Origin: an uncultured Spirochaetaceae bacterium
GTDB taxonomy: Bacteria; Spirochaetota; Spirochaetia; Sphaerochaetales; Sphaerochaetaceae
Assembly: GCA_944390015.1 (NCBI GenBank)
Contig: CALXOL010000013.1
Span: 16,727-80,726 of the forward strand
Direction: 5' to 3'
Length of the DNA stretch: 64,000 bases
The stretch's first letter is position 1, and every line of letters begins with the position of its first letter. The notes beneath the pieces were generated by a model. That model did not search any database, was not told the DNA's origin, and saw nothing but the letters and a program-made list of their open reading frames with translations. Shown one piece after another: positions 9,236 to 19,032 of this stretch. Both the position numbers and the translations under genes were made by a program.

Positions 9236-10385
9236 CTCTTAAAATCCTTACCCCGCCGGTCGGAGAGAACGGACGGAGAGTCGCATGGAAATCGAATATG
9301 CGCTCGTACTCGCTCAGTTTATCCTCAAACTGCTCGGCAAGACCTCGCTCTCCAACGATGAGGATATGACCGCTTAATCCCATGCTTATAAGTGAAGATG
9401 CGTATACATGGGGATTCTCATTTGCCCTCTTTATCAGCCATTCAACCTCAGGAGATGTGACCTCGAGATCCTCATAAATCCCATCCTGCTGCTCAAGAAG
9501 TATCTTTGAGAACTGGTTCCTGTCACTATGCTGCAGGGCATCCCATGCCTTAAGTACACGACTTGACTCGCTTAAGGTGAAATTCGCATAACGGAGCGCA
9601 TTCTCATCTGCAAGTCCCCTCTGGTATTTAAGCTCCCTCGTACTGTAATCCCTCAGCTTCGTCCCCTTCTCCATCGTCTTCTTCAGCAGTTCCATTGTAT
9701 CTTTTGTTATCTGCTGTACCTTTCGCTCCTCCTCATAAAGGATGTTCTTTGGAATTCCACAGTCGAGAATATAAGTGGTTATATCATCCGTGTCGAAAGG
9801 ATTCTCCATAGTCTCGTAGTTATACGACTCCAAATCGAAGAGTACCAGTTCCTTCTTCTTTATTATGAACAGGGTCAGCAGATCTCGCAGCCTTGATGAT
9901 CCATTTGAATAGGCATTAGCCGCATGTGCGATACGAAGCATGTCATTAAGGCTTAAAGAGAGAGAAAGCAGGTCATTGAATGCGATTAAGAAACCTGCTG
10001 CCACAGCTGCGGCAAGCGTATCATAGTCAGAATGCGCAGTACGCCCTGTAATGCTTATATCCATTCCTGGAAGCGTTATCCCGTCATGCTGTAAAGCTAT
10101 GAAGACTGCTTTAACGGTACTTATCCATTTATCATCACTCTTGCACTTAAGCCCTGAAAGCTGAAATTTCTTCCTGTCCTGTATCGTATGGTTATAAACC
10201 TTTACCGTATTATCTTCCCGTCGTGAGATTGCAAGCCGAAGCCCCTGCGTATTCGTACACATAAGAGCATAGCCGTCACAGAAATCAGAATAAGACCCAA
10301 GTATGGTCATAACACCAGGAACGTCTACTACGACTTCAGGCTCTTCTCCATACTCGTTCCTATGATGCACAAGAACCCTATACAT
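9216..10385 (-). CDS. galactokinase-like GHMP-superfamily protein with a degenerate ATP motif
   Basis: 389 aa. The N-terminus VPGVMTILGSYSDFCDGY resembles the galactokinase signature (GRVNLIGEHTDY). The expected PxGSGLSSSA motif is replaced by ITGRTAHSDYDTLAAAVAAG. Confidence 0.5.
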   Translation of the reverse strand: MYRVLVHHRNEYGEEPEVVVDVPGVMTILGSYSDFCDGYALMCTNTQGLRLAISRREDNTVKVYNHTIQDRKKFQLSGLKCKSDDKWISTVKAVFIALQHDGITLPGMDISITGRTAHSDYDTLAAAVAAGFLIAFNDLLSLSLSLNDMLRIAHAANAYSNGSSRLRDLLTLFIIKKKELVLFDLESYNYETMENPFDTDDITTYILDCGIPKNILYEEERKVQQITKDTMELLKKTMEKGTKLRDYSTRELKYQRGLADENALRYANFTLSESSRVLKAWDALQHSDRNQFSKILLEQQDGIYEDLEVTSPEVEWLIKRANENPHVYASSLISMGLSGHILIVGERGLAEQFEDKLSEYERIFDFHATLRPFSPTGGVRILRDDDSVS

Positions 10386-10530
10386 AAATTAACTCCCCTA
10401 CCTAAAATGATTACATCCATTCAATATTGACGCAAGGAATTTTATCTGAAAAGAGAAATAAAATCTTTATAAAAAAGCAGAAAAATTGAATAATCCTGTC
10501 TAAAAGAGAAGAAAAACGGTCAAACAGGAA

Positions 10531-10557
10531 AAAGAAAAACGGGCTCCGAAGAACCCG
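10531..10557 (-). terminator. intrinsic terminator after rpmE
   Basis: Minus strand reads CGGGTTC-TTCG-GGAGCCCG (7-bp stem including one G.U, UUCG loop) followed by TTTTTCTTTTTCC. Confidence 0.7.
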
Positions 10558-10570
10558 CATCCAACGATAC

Positions 10571-10783
10571 TTACTTGTTTTCTGTATTTCTGTTGTATCT
10601 CTTGTTGAAGCGCTCAACCCTTCCAGTTGTGTCAACAAGCTTCTGTGTTCCAGTAAAGAACGGATGGCATGCTGAGCAGATTTCAACTGTGAGGTTGTTG
10701 CTCGTCGTCTTTGTCTTAATTACGTTGCCGCAGGAGCAGCGTATTTCCTGCAATTCGTATTTTGGATGAATATCCTTCTTCAT
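10571..10783 (-). CDS. rpmE: 50S ribosomal protein L31
   Basis: 70 aa. MKKDIHPKY... with CSCG and [10 protein letters not shown] zinc-type motifs. Confidence 0.92.
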   Translation of the reverse strand: MKKDIHPKYELQEIRCSCGNVIKTKTTSNNLTVEICSACHPFFTGTQKLVDTTGRVERFNKRYNRNTENK

Positions 10784-10838
10784 TTTTTCCTCCGCATCTA
10801 TGTAATTCTCTCTGCTTTCACAGAAAGGGTATATCTTA

Positions 10839-12677
10839 TCAGATGCTCCTCATAGCAGAATTGACTGTTGCTGCATTCATGCTGTCAAGGAACTCCTTAT
10901 TGTTGTTATTTTTCTTCATTTTGTCAATAAGAGAGACGGACATGTCCATATCATCGAGATTACCGAATGCTGTTCTCAGGAGGAATACCCTTGTGAGAAC
11001 ATCCTCGCTAAGAAGGAGATCATCCCTTCTTGTTCCGCTCTTCTTGATGTTTATCGCAGGGAACTTACGGTTATCCGCCATCTTCCTGTCCAGTACAATC
11101 TCGTTGTTTCCAGTGCCCTTGAACTCTTCAAAGATAACCTCATCCATCCTTGAGCCGGTCTCAATAAGAGCTGTCGAAATTATCGTCAGGCTTCCTCCTT
11201 GCTCTATGTTCCTGGCCGCACCGAAGAACCTCTTCGGCTTATGAAGCGCATTGGAGTCCACACCACCAGAGAGAATCTTTCCAGATGCAGGAACGGTCTG
11301 GTTGTAAGCCCTGGCAAGACGGGTAATCGAATCGAGAAGTATGACGACATCCTTCTTATATTCGACCATTCTCTTTGCTTTCTCTATTACCATCTCAGCT
11401 ACCTGGACATGGTGAGTGGCCTGCTCATCGAAAGTGGAGGCAACGACTTCAGCCTTTACGTTACGTCTCATGTCCGTGACCTCCTCAGGGCGCTCATCCA
11501 CAAGAAGGACTATCAGGTTCACCTCAGGATGGTTCGTCGAGATCGCATTAGCTATCTTCTGCATAAGGACGGTCTTTCCAGTTCTAGGAGGAGCTACGAT
11601 TAAAGAACGCTGACCTTTTCCAATCGGGCAGAACAGGTCTACGACACGGGTTGAAAGATCACTCGGTTTTCCTTCTTCTATCACCTCAAGATGAAGACGC
11701 TCATCGGGGAAAAGCGGAGTAAGGCTGTCAAATGGAGCACGGAGCTTTGCCATCTTAGGCTCCTCCCCGTTTACCGTGAATACCTTTATCATCGCAGCGG
11801 CTTTCTCACCATCCCTGGGCGCTCTTATCTGACCATACACGGTATCACCGGTCTTGAGTCCCGTTGCTTTTATGATTGGAGCAGAGACATAAACGTCCTC
11901 TCCTCCAGGCAGATAGTTGTTCACGGCATATCTCAAATAACCGTATGCCCCTTCCTGTATGATATCCAGCACACCCTCAACAAGGAGCGCTCCACCCTGC
12001 TGGGAGTGCAAGCGGCACATCCTGTAAATAAGATCGGTCTTTCGTGAGTCAAGTATCACATCCTCGCTTATTCCCATTCCCCTTGCCTGCTCTCTGAGCT
12101 GGTCTATGTGCTTTGTGGTGAGAACAGATAGATAGAGCTTAGGCGCATCCGGATTCTCTTCGAGGTTGACCTCCATCGGATAGTCCTCCCTCTTCTTACC
12201 GTTCTTCTTATTTTTATAGCGCTCGTATTTATCGAACTTCTTCTTTCCCTGATCATCCTTGCCATCGGCTTCCGCCTCCTGCTGAACATCATCAGAGGCA
12301 TCACCTTCTGCGCTCTCGGATTTTTCTTCCTCAGGCTCTGATACTACTACATCCTGAGTCAACGCCTCTTCTCTCAAGTCGGGTTTTGCATCCTTCTCAT
12401 CAAAATCTGAAGTCTCTATGCTCTTATCCTCTTCAAAGAGAGAAGGCTGACTCTCTTCCTTCTTCTTGACCTTTATCTTAGCTGTCCTTGAAATCCTGAA
12501 TACTTTCTTCTCTTGGCTATCTGTGTTTTCGTCAGCTTTCACATTTTCCTGCAGCGCACTTTCAGCAACCACAGCATCTGCTTTCTGTTTTCTTGGTCTG
12601 CCGCGCCTTTTCTTAGTTTCAACCTCGGCACCGGCTTCCTGCTTTACCGTCTCATCAGACATCGAGTAAAACTCCAT
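10839..12677 (-). CDS. rho: transcription termination factor Rho with a long charged N-terminal insertion
   Basis: 612 aa. The C-terminal ~420 aa are canonical Rho ([19 protein letters not shown] Walker [55 protein letters not shown]). The first ~190 aa are K/E/D-rich low complexity. Confidence 0.95.
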   Translation of the reverse strand: MEFYSMSDETVKQEAGAEVETKKRRGRPRKQKADAVVAESALQENVKADENTDSQEKKVFRISRTAKIKVKKKEESQPSLFEEDKSIETSDFDEKDAKPDLREEALTQDVVVSEPEEEKSESAEGDASDDVQQEAEADGKDDQGKKKFDKYERYKNKKNGKKREDYPMEVNLEENPDAPKLYLSVLTTKHIDQLREQARGMGISEDVILDSRKTDLIYRMCRLHSQQGGALLVEGVLDIIQEGAYGYLRYAVNNYLPGGEDVYVSAPIIKATGLKTGDTVYGQIRAPRDGEKAAAMIKVFTVNGEEPKMAKLRAPFDSLTPLFPDERLHLEVIEEGKPSDLSTRVVDLFCPIGKGQRSLIVAPPRTGKTVLMQKIANAISTNHPEVNLIVLLVDERPEEVTDMRRNVKAEVVASTFDEQATHHVQVAEMVIEKAKRMVEYKKDVVILLDSITRLARAYNQTVPASGKILSGGVDSNALHKPKRFFGAARNIEQGGSLTIISTALIETGSRMDEVIFEEFKGTGNNEIVLDRKMADNRKFPAINIKKSGTRRDDLLLSEDVLTRVFLLRTAFGNLDDMDMSVSLIDKMKKNNNNKEFLDSMNAATVNSAMRSI

Positions 12678-12761
12678 AAATTATTAGAATGAATTTTCTT
12701 AAAAAGAAAAGAATAAACTATTTTTTGAAAATTAAAATGGATTTAATTCCGTAACGGTTAA

Positions 12762-12790
12762 ACTATATTCCCCAAACAAAGACTTGTCAA
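12762..12790 (-). promoter_or_regulatory. sigma70-type promoter upstream of rho
   Basis: Minus strand reads TTGACA (12790-12785), a 17-nt spacer, then TATAGT (12767-12762), about 85 nt upstream of the rho start. Confidence 0.6.
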
Positions 12791-12812
12791 CATACAAAAC
12801 AAACGGCTTTTC

Positions 12813-13286
12813 CTACTCGATTATCTTAGCGACAGTAACCCAGCCTTCGGCTTTTGAGAGTCTGTAAAGCTCATCGGGTGTAAGCCTAATGGCGCTGTTG
12901 GATGTACCTACCGCGGGATAAACGACTTCAAAACGCTTTAAAGACTCATCGAGATACACTTTTATCCCTCCGCCAAGGGCAAATGGGCAGACTCCCCCTA
13001 CCTTGTAGCCGGTAAGCGAGAATGTTTCATCACTTGACAGCATCGATGGTTTAAAGCCGAAGCGTCTTTTGAACTCACCGTTATTGATCTTCGTATCCCC
13101 TGCGGTAACGATTACAATCGCACCTCCACTATTATCTTTGAAGGCAAGGGTCTTTGCGATAAGCTGAGCCTCGCAACCAAGAGCTTTCGCTGCAAGTTCA
13201 ACGGTCGCACTGGAGACATCAAAAAACCTGACACGGTCTCCAAACCCCTCACGCTCTAAATATTCCATTACATTCTCAAGACTCAT
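12813..13286 (-). CDS. YbaK/EbsC-family aminoacyl-tRNA editing (deacylase) domain protein
   Basis: 157 aa. KTLAFKD..., GGVCPF motif typical of YbaK/ProX. Confidence 0.75.
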   Translation of the reverse strand: MSLENVMEYLEREGFGDRVRFFDVSSATVELAAKALGCEAQLIAKTLAFKDNSGGAIVIVTAGDTKINNGEFKRRFGFKPSMLSSDETFSLTGYKVGGVCPFALGGGIKVYLDESLKRFEVVYPAVGTSNSAIRLTPDELYRLSKAEGWVTVAKIIE

Positions 13287-14524
13287 ATGTTAGTCCACTC
13301 CCTGCTTATGCTTACGACATCCTCACCGTTTATATATGCCGATAGTGCGAGCATCGCCACTACCGCCGCCTTGCGCCTTATTGACTCCCTTCCCCATGAT
13401 GAAAAATGAAGAGTGAAAGAGACGCTCTCCCTCTCTTTTGAGCTGAAACCGAAAGATACGGTACCAACTTTCTTCCCTTCGCTCTCACCAGGGCCGGCGA
13501 CCCCTGTAACGGAGACCGAGTAATCTGCACCACAGACTTCTCTTACGCCATCTGCCATCTGAAGGGCACATTCATCAGAAACTACGCCATAGCGCTCAAC
13601 AGTCTCTCTACTGACCCCAAGTACATCCATCTTAACAGATGGATTATATGAGACAACTGAGCCGAGAAAGAAATCACTTGCTCCAGGCTTTGATGTCAGC
13701 AGCGAAGAAAGAAGACCTCCTGTACAGCTCTCGGCTGCCGCAATCAGGGCCCCCTTCTCTTTTACTCGCTCTATGAGGATATCGAGAGCCGAAGTATTCC
13801 CCTCTACAAGGCGATATGGCCCAAGCTCAGCACTAAGAGCCTTAAAAGCTAAATCAATCTTAGTCTTATCAGATGAAGAGGCATAGAGACTTATCTTATA
13901 ATCCTGGAACCTGGTTGCCCAGTCAATTCCCTCATAGCGTTCTGTAAGCTCCTCAAGCCGAGCCTCCGCAGTTATGAAAGACGAGTACTCATATCTTTCC
14001 ACATCCTCAATATCCAACAGATCTTTTACCTTAGGAAGAACTGATGAATAGAACATGGGCTCCATCTCCCTAGGAGGTCCAGGAAGTGCGAACACATACG
14101 TCCCGCAATCAGAACCGTAAAACCCTGGAGCCGTCCCGTTCGGATTCTCCATTACTGTAAAGCCCTTTGGAATGTATGCCTGCTTCTCATTTGCACCTAA
14201 GGCTTTATTCTCACCAACCCTCTTTCTCAGCGTTTCAAAGCATTTCTCATCACGGACTAATGTGGTAGAGAATACCTCTGCGATGCATTTACGTGTCATA
14301 TCGTCCTGGGTAGGGCCAAGACCGCCAGTAACGATTATAATGTCGTTGTTCTTTTTCAGAGCCCTCAGAACAGGTGTTATCGTTCCGTCATCGGGGATTG
14401 CGACAATCTCGGACATATGAACTCCGATATGCGTCATCTCCTTGGAAACAAGCTGTCCATGGCGATCTGCGATAATACCCCGTGTAAGCTCCGTTCCTAT
14501 TACCACCAGTGAACACTTAGTCAT
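13283..14524 (-). CDS. cinA: CinA-family competence/damage-inducible protein (MoCF-binding domain plus nicotinamide-nucleotide amidohydrolase PncC domain)
   Basis: 413 aa. N-terminal IGTELTRGIIADRHG and TGGLGPTQDD; C-terminal AAAESCTGGLLSS. Confidence 0.85.
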   Translation of the reverse strand: MTKCSLVVIGTELTRGIIADRHGQLVSKEMTHIGVHMSEIVAIPDDGTITPVLRALKKNNDIIIVTGGLGPTQDDMTRKCIAEVFSTTLVRDEKCFETLRKRVGENKALGANEKQAYIPKGFTVMENPNGTAPGFYGSDCGTYVFALPGPPREMEPMFYSSVLPKVKDLLDIEDVERYEYSSFITAEARLEELTERYEGIDWATRFQDYKISLYASSSDKTKIDLAFKALSAELGPYRLVEGNTSALDILIERVKEKGALIAAAESCTGGLLSSLLTSKPGASDFFLGSVVSYNPSVKMDVLGVSRETVERYGVVSDECALQMADGVREVCGADYSVSVTGVAGPGESEGKKVGTVSFGFSSKERESVSFTLHFSSWGRESIRRKAAVVAMLALSAYINGEDVVSISREWTNI

Positions 14525-16175
14525 TTTTCCTGCGTCTTTCCCTTACACGTTCAGTAATCTTAAGAGCTGCGCCAGATAGAAGTATGACTATCGACGTGTA
14601 AACTGCTATTTTCGCAAAAAGATCTATATGATTGACATAGAACGTATTCTCTTCACCCTCGTATACGGGCACATCGTATACATGATAGCCCATCCAGAAA
14701 GGACGCATCGGATCATGCAGAGTACCATCCGGCGTTATAAGACATGTCAGACCGCTGTTCGTACCCCTCATAACGGATTTTCGTGTCTCCACGGCACGGA
14801 ATATCGCAATATATGCGTGCTGCTTCTCAGCAGATACAGCTCCAGACCAGTTATCATTAGTCATATTGACTATGACATCGGCTCCCTCAGCGACGAATTC
14901 CGCAGAGAGGTATCCGAATACGTCTTCGAAACAGATTGGAGTTGAGAACTTCACTCCGTTAGATTCGAATACAACCTTCTCATCCCCTTCTTCCCACCAT
15001 TGGTAGTCATTGGCAAGAAGCAGATTGTAAAGCCACGGAAGCTGCTTCTCATAGGGGAAATGCTCCGTAAACGGTACAAGGTGCTGCTTACGGTATTTAT
15101 CAGCGATACCGCCATCCTGGAAGAGGACAACGCTGTTATAATCCTTCCTGTTCTGGCTTCCATCCTCCAAGAGAGGCCCCTCTTCAGGATATATAGGCTC
15201 CCCATCTGCGTTCCCTGTAAGCAGAGGGACAGGAAGGGACTCGGCAAATTCAAGGAACTGCTGCACGAGCTTACGCATCTCATGGTTTCCATCATAATCG
15301 TACAACATATTCCAATCAATTGATGGTACGAACGCAGTCTCAGACCAGATTACGATATCTGGATCATCGTTTATCGCCTCTAATGTATATCGTTTAAGGT
15401 TGTTGAAGTTCTTTGTATATGTAGTAAGGCCACCCTCCCAGGAGTCATGGTTATGCTGAACAGCCGCAACTCTCCAGATGCGATCAGGCTCTGCATTCTT
15501 CCACTGTGCGACCTTTACAAAGCCGTAAGTAAGGGAGGCAACGACAAGAACTCCATAACAGGCCAAGATAATCCAATTGCTCTTTAAATAAACCTTGAAA
15601 GGCTCACTCTCACCTTTGATTCTATCAATCAGATAATTGCCAAGATATGCCTGGGGAAGCACCTGGAGGAAGATTATTCCCCAGATTCCTGTTATCTCTG
15701 CAATCTGAATCATCGGCAGATAGCTATAAAGTGCATAGCAGATTGTTCCATATGGATAGCCTGCGAACCATCCCTCCGACAGATATGCGTAGGCAACCCA
15801 GATGATGGCCTGAAGCACATAGCTTCTCTTTCTAAAGAACGTATCTGCGGCTTTTAACGCAGGGAAGAGGAAGAGCATCTCTCCTCCCTTTATAATCGGG
15901 ACAATCAGTATCGCAAGTGGATGGAATGTGGATAACCAGTAGTTAAAGAAAATGAAACACATGAACCCATAGAAGAATCCATAAGGGGCAATAAGTGCCC
16001 AACTGGTGTTCCTGATGACTGCGAATACCGGAATCAGTACGAATAATGATATGAATCCCAAGCCCTCTGGAAATACGAAACCGGGGAATGCCAAAGAAAA
16101 AATAAACGATGTGATTAATAAAACAAAAACCTCAGAACATACCGTCCTGAGGCTTCTTTTTTTCAAAGTTTTCAA
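14517..16175 (-). CDS. lnt: apolipoprotein N-acyltransferase
   Basis: 552 aa. Multi-TM N-terminal half followed by a CN-hydrolase domain (WSETA, ICFE catalytic Cys context). Confidence 0.85.
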   Translation of the reverse strand: MKTLKKRSLRTVCSEVFVLLITSFIFSLAFPGFVFPEGLGFISLFVLIPVFAVIRNTSWALIAPYGFFYGFMCFIFFNYWLSTFHPLAILIVPIIKGGEMLFLFPALKAADTFFRKRSYVLQAIIWVAYAYLSEGWFAGYPYGTICYALYSYLPMIQIAEITGIWGIIFLQVLPQAYLGNYLIDRIKGESEPFKVYLKSNWIILACYGVLVVASLTYGFVKVAQWKNAEPDRIWRVAAVQHNHDSWEGGLTTYTKNFNNLKRYTLEAINDDPDIVIWSETAFVPSIDWNMLYDYDGNHEMRKLVQQFLEFAESLPVPLLTGNADGEPIYPEEGPLLEDGSQNRKDYNSVVLFQDGGIADKYRKQHLVPFTEHFPYEKQLPWLYNLLLANDYQWWEEGDEKVVFESNGVKFSTPICFEDVFGYLSAEFVAEGADVIVNMTNDNWSGAVSAEKQHAYIAIFRAVETRKSVMRGTNSGLTCLITPDGTLHDPMRPFWMGYHVYDVPVYEGEENTFYVNHIDLFAKIAVYTSIVILLSGAALKITERVRERRRKND

Positions 16176-16193
16176 GCCTTGCTTCTCCTGATG

Positions 16194-16508
16194 TTAATCA
16201 AGTTCTTTTGCTGTACGGATATTCCATACGAACTCTTTGAGTTCCTTTCCTGGGCGGAATATCGCTACTCCATGCTTATCGACGGCAACGACCTCTCCTG
16301 TCTTAGGATTCCTAGCCTTCTCTCTACCTTTTCTGGTGCGAACCTCAAAGGTTCCAAAGCCACGGAGTTCAATAACCCTGTCATCTTTGAGCCCATCCTT
16401 AATCTCTTCAAAAAGCTCATCGATGACCATATGGATGTCCGTCCTATTCAAGCCAAGCTTGTTATGTAAACTCTCTATAATTGCTGCCTTGGTTAGTTTC
16501 TCGTCCAT
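16194..16508 (-). CDS. HU/IHF-family DNA-binding protein
   Basis: 104 aa. ...GFGTFEVRTRKGREKARNPKTGEVVAV... beta-arm motif. Confidence 0.85.
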   Translation of the reverse strand: MDEKLTKAAIIESLHNKLGLNRTDIHMVIDELFEEIKDGLKDDRVIELRGFGTFEVRTRKGREKARNPKTGEVVAVDKHGVAIFRPGKELKEFVWNIRTAKELD

Positions 16509-16527
16509 ATCGTCTCCACCATGTCAA

Positions 16528-16788
16528 TTAAGCAAGCTTATTGAAAGCATGTGCCATTCTACTCTTCTTTCTGTCAACAGTATTGCGGTGCATTACACCC
16601 TTGTTAGCTGCACTGTCGAGAAGCTTGAAGCTCTCATGCATTAATGTGTCAGCTGCGGCCTTATCGTTAGCCTGAAGAGCTGCTTCGAACTTCTTGATAG
16701 ATGTTCTTACCTTGCTCTTTGCAGCACGATTAAGCATTCTGCGTGCCTGATTTCTGCGTTCACTTCTCTGAGCGGATTTCTTTGCCAC
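16528..16788 (-). CDS. rpsT: 30S ribosomal protein S20
   Basis: 86 aa, basic. MAKKSAQRSERRNQARR... and KGVMHRNTVDRKKSR. Confidence 0.9.
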   Translation of the reverse strand: MAKKSAQRSERRNQARRMLNRAAKSKVRTSIKKFEAALQANDKAAADTLMHESFKLLDSAANKGVMHRNTVDRKKSRMAHAFNKLA

Positions 16789-16966
16789 TTTATTTCCTCC
16801 AAGAATAATATTTTACTTAACTTCGCCGTATACCTCAAAAGGTTATTTTCCGACAGCGTTAGTCAACTTATCACAATAGTATAATTTTGGTCAATAGCGT
16901 TTATTAACTTTCTATATATAAAAGGATTGTTAATGGTATCCACTTAAACAAAGAGGCAAGCATTTC

Positions 16967-17932
16967 CTATTCAAAAAGCTCCTCCTGGAACTCCTCACTT
17001 ACAATCCAGAAGCCCCTCTCATCATCGTATTCCACCTCTGAAAGGGGGATGAACATGGTCTGCCCCTCCGCAGCCTGTACCGTCAGCTTATGTGAAAGTA
17101 TGTTAATCTCAGTCACCTTCCAAAGCTCATGCCCGATCTTAAGCTTCGTCCCCTCCGGCGGACAAGATGCCTTTTCCTCTAAATAGTAATCATATTCGTA
17201 TGCAAGACAACATAAAAGCCTTCCACAAGGCCCGGATATCTTCATGCTGTTAAGAGAGAGATTCTGCTCCTTCGCCATCTTTATCGTCACAGGTTCAAGC
17301 TGACTTGTTATGGAATGACAGCAATAATCCCTTCCACAAACGCTCAGCCCACCGATGAGACGGGACTCATCCCTTACTCCAATCTGTCTAAGCTCAATCC
17401 TCATTCTGAAGACAGACACCAGGTCCTTTACGAGATCTCTGAAGTCCACCCTCTCTTCTGCGGTAAAGAAGAATATGACCTTCGGCTCTCCTAAAAGAAA
17501 GTGTGCCGTTACCAGCTTCATATTAAGACCGTGTTTTAAAACCTTCTCCCTGCATACCCGTAGAGCCGCCTCCTCCCTGTTGCTGTTCTCCTCATACTTC
17601 TCCATCTCCTCAGGAGTCGCAAGATGATCGATGAAATCGACATCCACAGGGACATTCATCAGCTCCGGTTCAATGTAAGAAGAGCTCTTACAGGACGTGC
17701 AGCATGCACCACAGACATCTGCATTCCCACTCTCATAAACCCTATCCGGGTTAGGAGCCGGGGAGGTCACGATTCCAAGATCAAGGCCAAAGCGCGTGTC
17801 ATAGACTACAGCCGTCCCGGGATAGAGAACACTGTCATATGCGCAAAGGCACACATCGTTATAGCTCGGATTCTTAATTATATAGATATAGGCCTTCTCT
17901 TCCGTATCAGCCTTAACTTTTTTTGCTTTCAT
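16967..17932 (-). CDS. PSP1 C-terminal domain protein (YaaT/RicT-like)
   Basis: 321 aa. Central FFFTAEERVDFRDLVKDL...RIELRQIGVRDE and CGRLLCCLAYE motifs are characteristic of PSP1/RicT. Confidence 0.75.
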   Translation of the reverse strand: MKAKKVKADTEEKAYIYIIKNPSYNDVCLCAYDSVLYPGTAVVYDTRFGLDLGIVTSPAPNPDRVYESGNADVCGACCTSCKSSSYIEPELMNVPVDVDFIDHLATPEEMEKYEENSNREEAALRVCREKVLKHGLNMKLVTAHFLLGEPKVIFFFTAEERVDFRDLVKDLVSVFRMRIELRQIGVRDESRLIGGLSVCGRDYCCHSITSQLEPVTIKMAKEQNLSLNSMKISGPCGRLLCCLAYEYDYYLEEKASCPPEGTKLKIGHELWKVTEINILSHKLTVQAAEGQTMFIPLSEVEYDDERGFWIVSEEFQEELFE

Positions 17933-18015
17933 GCTAAAAAAGGTATCATGAGAAAATTAATTAAGCAATAAGTGCTTTGTGGACAAAGAGGTGGTTTTGA
18001 TGGTATTTTCCTCTC

Positions 18016-18960
18016 ATGGTCCTTACATTAGCACCTTTAGCAGGTTATACGGATAAAGCATTCAGGAAGATAGCCTCTTTCTACGGGGCTCAGGAGACCG
18101 TTACGGAGATGGTATCAGCAGAGGGGCTGGCGAGAAACAGCGCAAAGACAGAGGCCCTTCTTGAACGTTTCTCAGAGGATGAGAATCTTACACTGCAATT
18201 ATTCGGTCCTGATGGGGACACCTTCTACCGTGCCCTAAAAGCTTTCAACTGGCGCTCATTCAGTAAAATCGACATAAACGCGGGATGCCCTGTTCCGAAA
18301 GTCGTAAAAACAGGTGCGGGCTCTGCACTGATGAAAAATCCCAAGACCGCTGCTGAGATAATACATGTGTTGAAAGAGGAAACGGGGCTCAAAGTCTCTA
18401 TAAAATTCCGTCTCGGTTGGGATGAGGAGCATCTGAACTACCTCGATTTCGCAGAAGAGGCAGTCAAAAGTGGAGCTGATGAACTTACGCTTCATGCGAG
18501 AACAAGAGCGCAGGGATACTCAGGAACAGCAAGAAAAGAGCATTTCAAGAAGCTCAGAAATCTCTTTCCCAAGGATGAAAGCACATCTCCTCTGCTATAT
18601 GCATCCGGGGATGTTTTCGCCGCAGAGGACGCACTCTCATATTTCAATGATTACGGTATGGACGGTGTCATGTTCGCACGAGGTGCCATCGGTAATCCTT
18701 TCATATTCAGGGAGACAAGGGAACTGCTTGAAAAGGGAAGTTACGAGGAAGCGACAATAGAAGAGAAGGTAAGTACAGCTCTTGAGCACCTTGCACTAGC
18801 AATAAGTTACTACGGTGAGAACACGGCATCCAGGGAGATGCGGAAAGTGGTAATGGCATATGTTAAAGGAGTCAAGAATGCCAGCAAGGTAAAGGCCCTC
18901 ATTTCGACTGCGTCAACCTATAAGGAATACGAAAACGCTCTTAAACTCCTCATCCAATGA
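18016..18960 (+). CDS. tRNA-dihydrouridine synthase
   Basis: 314 aa. LAPLAGYTD, DINAGCP, HARTR and GNPFIF motifs of the Dus family. Confidence 0.85.
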   Translation: MVLTLAPLAGYTDKAFRKIASFYGAQETVTEMVSAEGLARNSAKTEALLERFSEDENLTLQLFGPDGDTFYRALKAFNWRSFSKIDINAGCPVPKVVKTGAGSALMKNPKTAAEIIHVLKEETGLKVSIKFRLGWDEEHLNYLDFAEEAVKSGADELTLHARTRAQGYSGTARKEHFKKLRNLFPKDESTSPLLYASGDVFAAEDALSYFNDYGMDGVMFARGAIGNPFIFRETRELLEKGSYEEATIEEKVSTALEHLALAISYYGENTASREMRKVVMAYVKGVKNASKVKALISTASTYKEYENALKLLIQ

Positions 18961-19032
18961 GATGAAAAGTCTGGAAAATTGTTCTTGAATTGTGAATTTC
19001 CATATGCTAGCGTTTAATTAAGGAGTTGTGAT

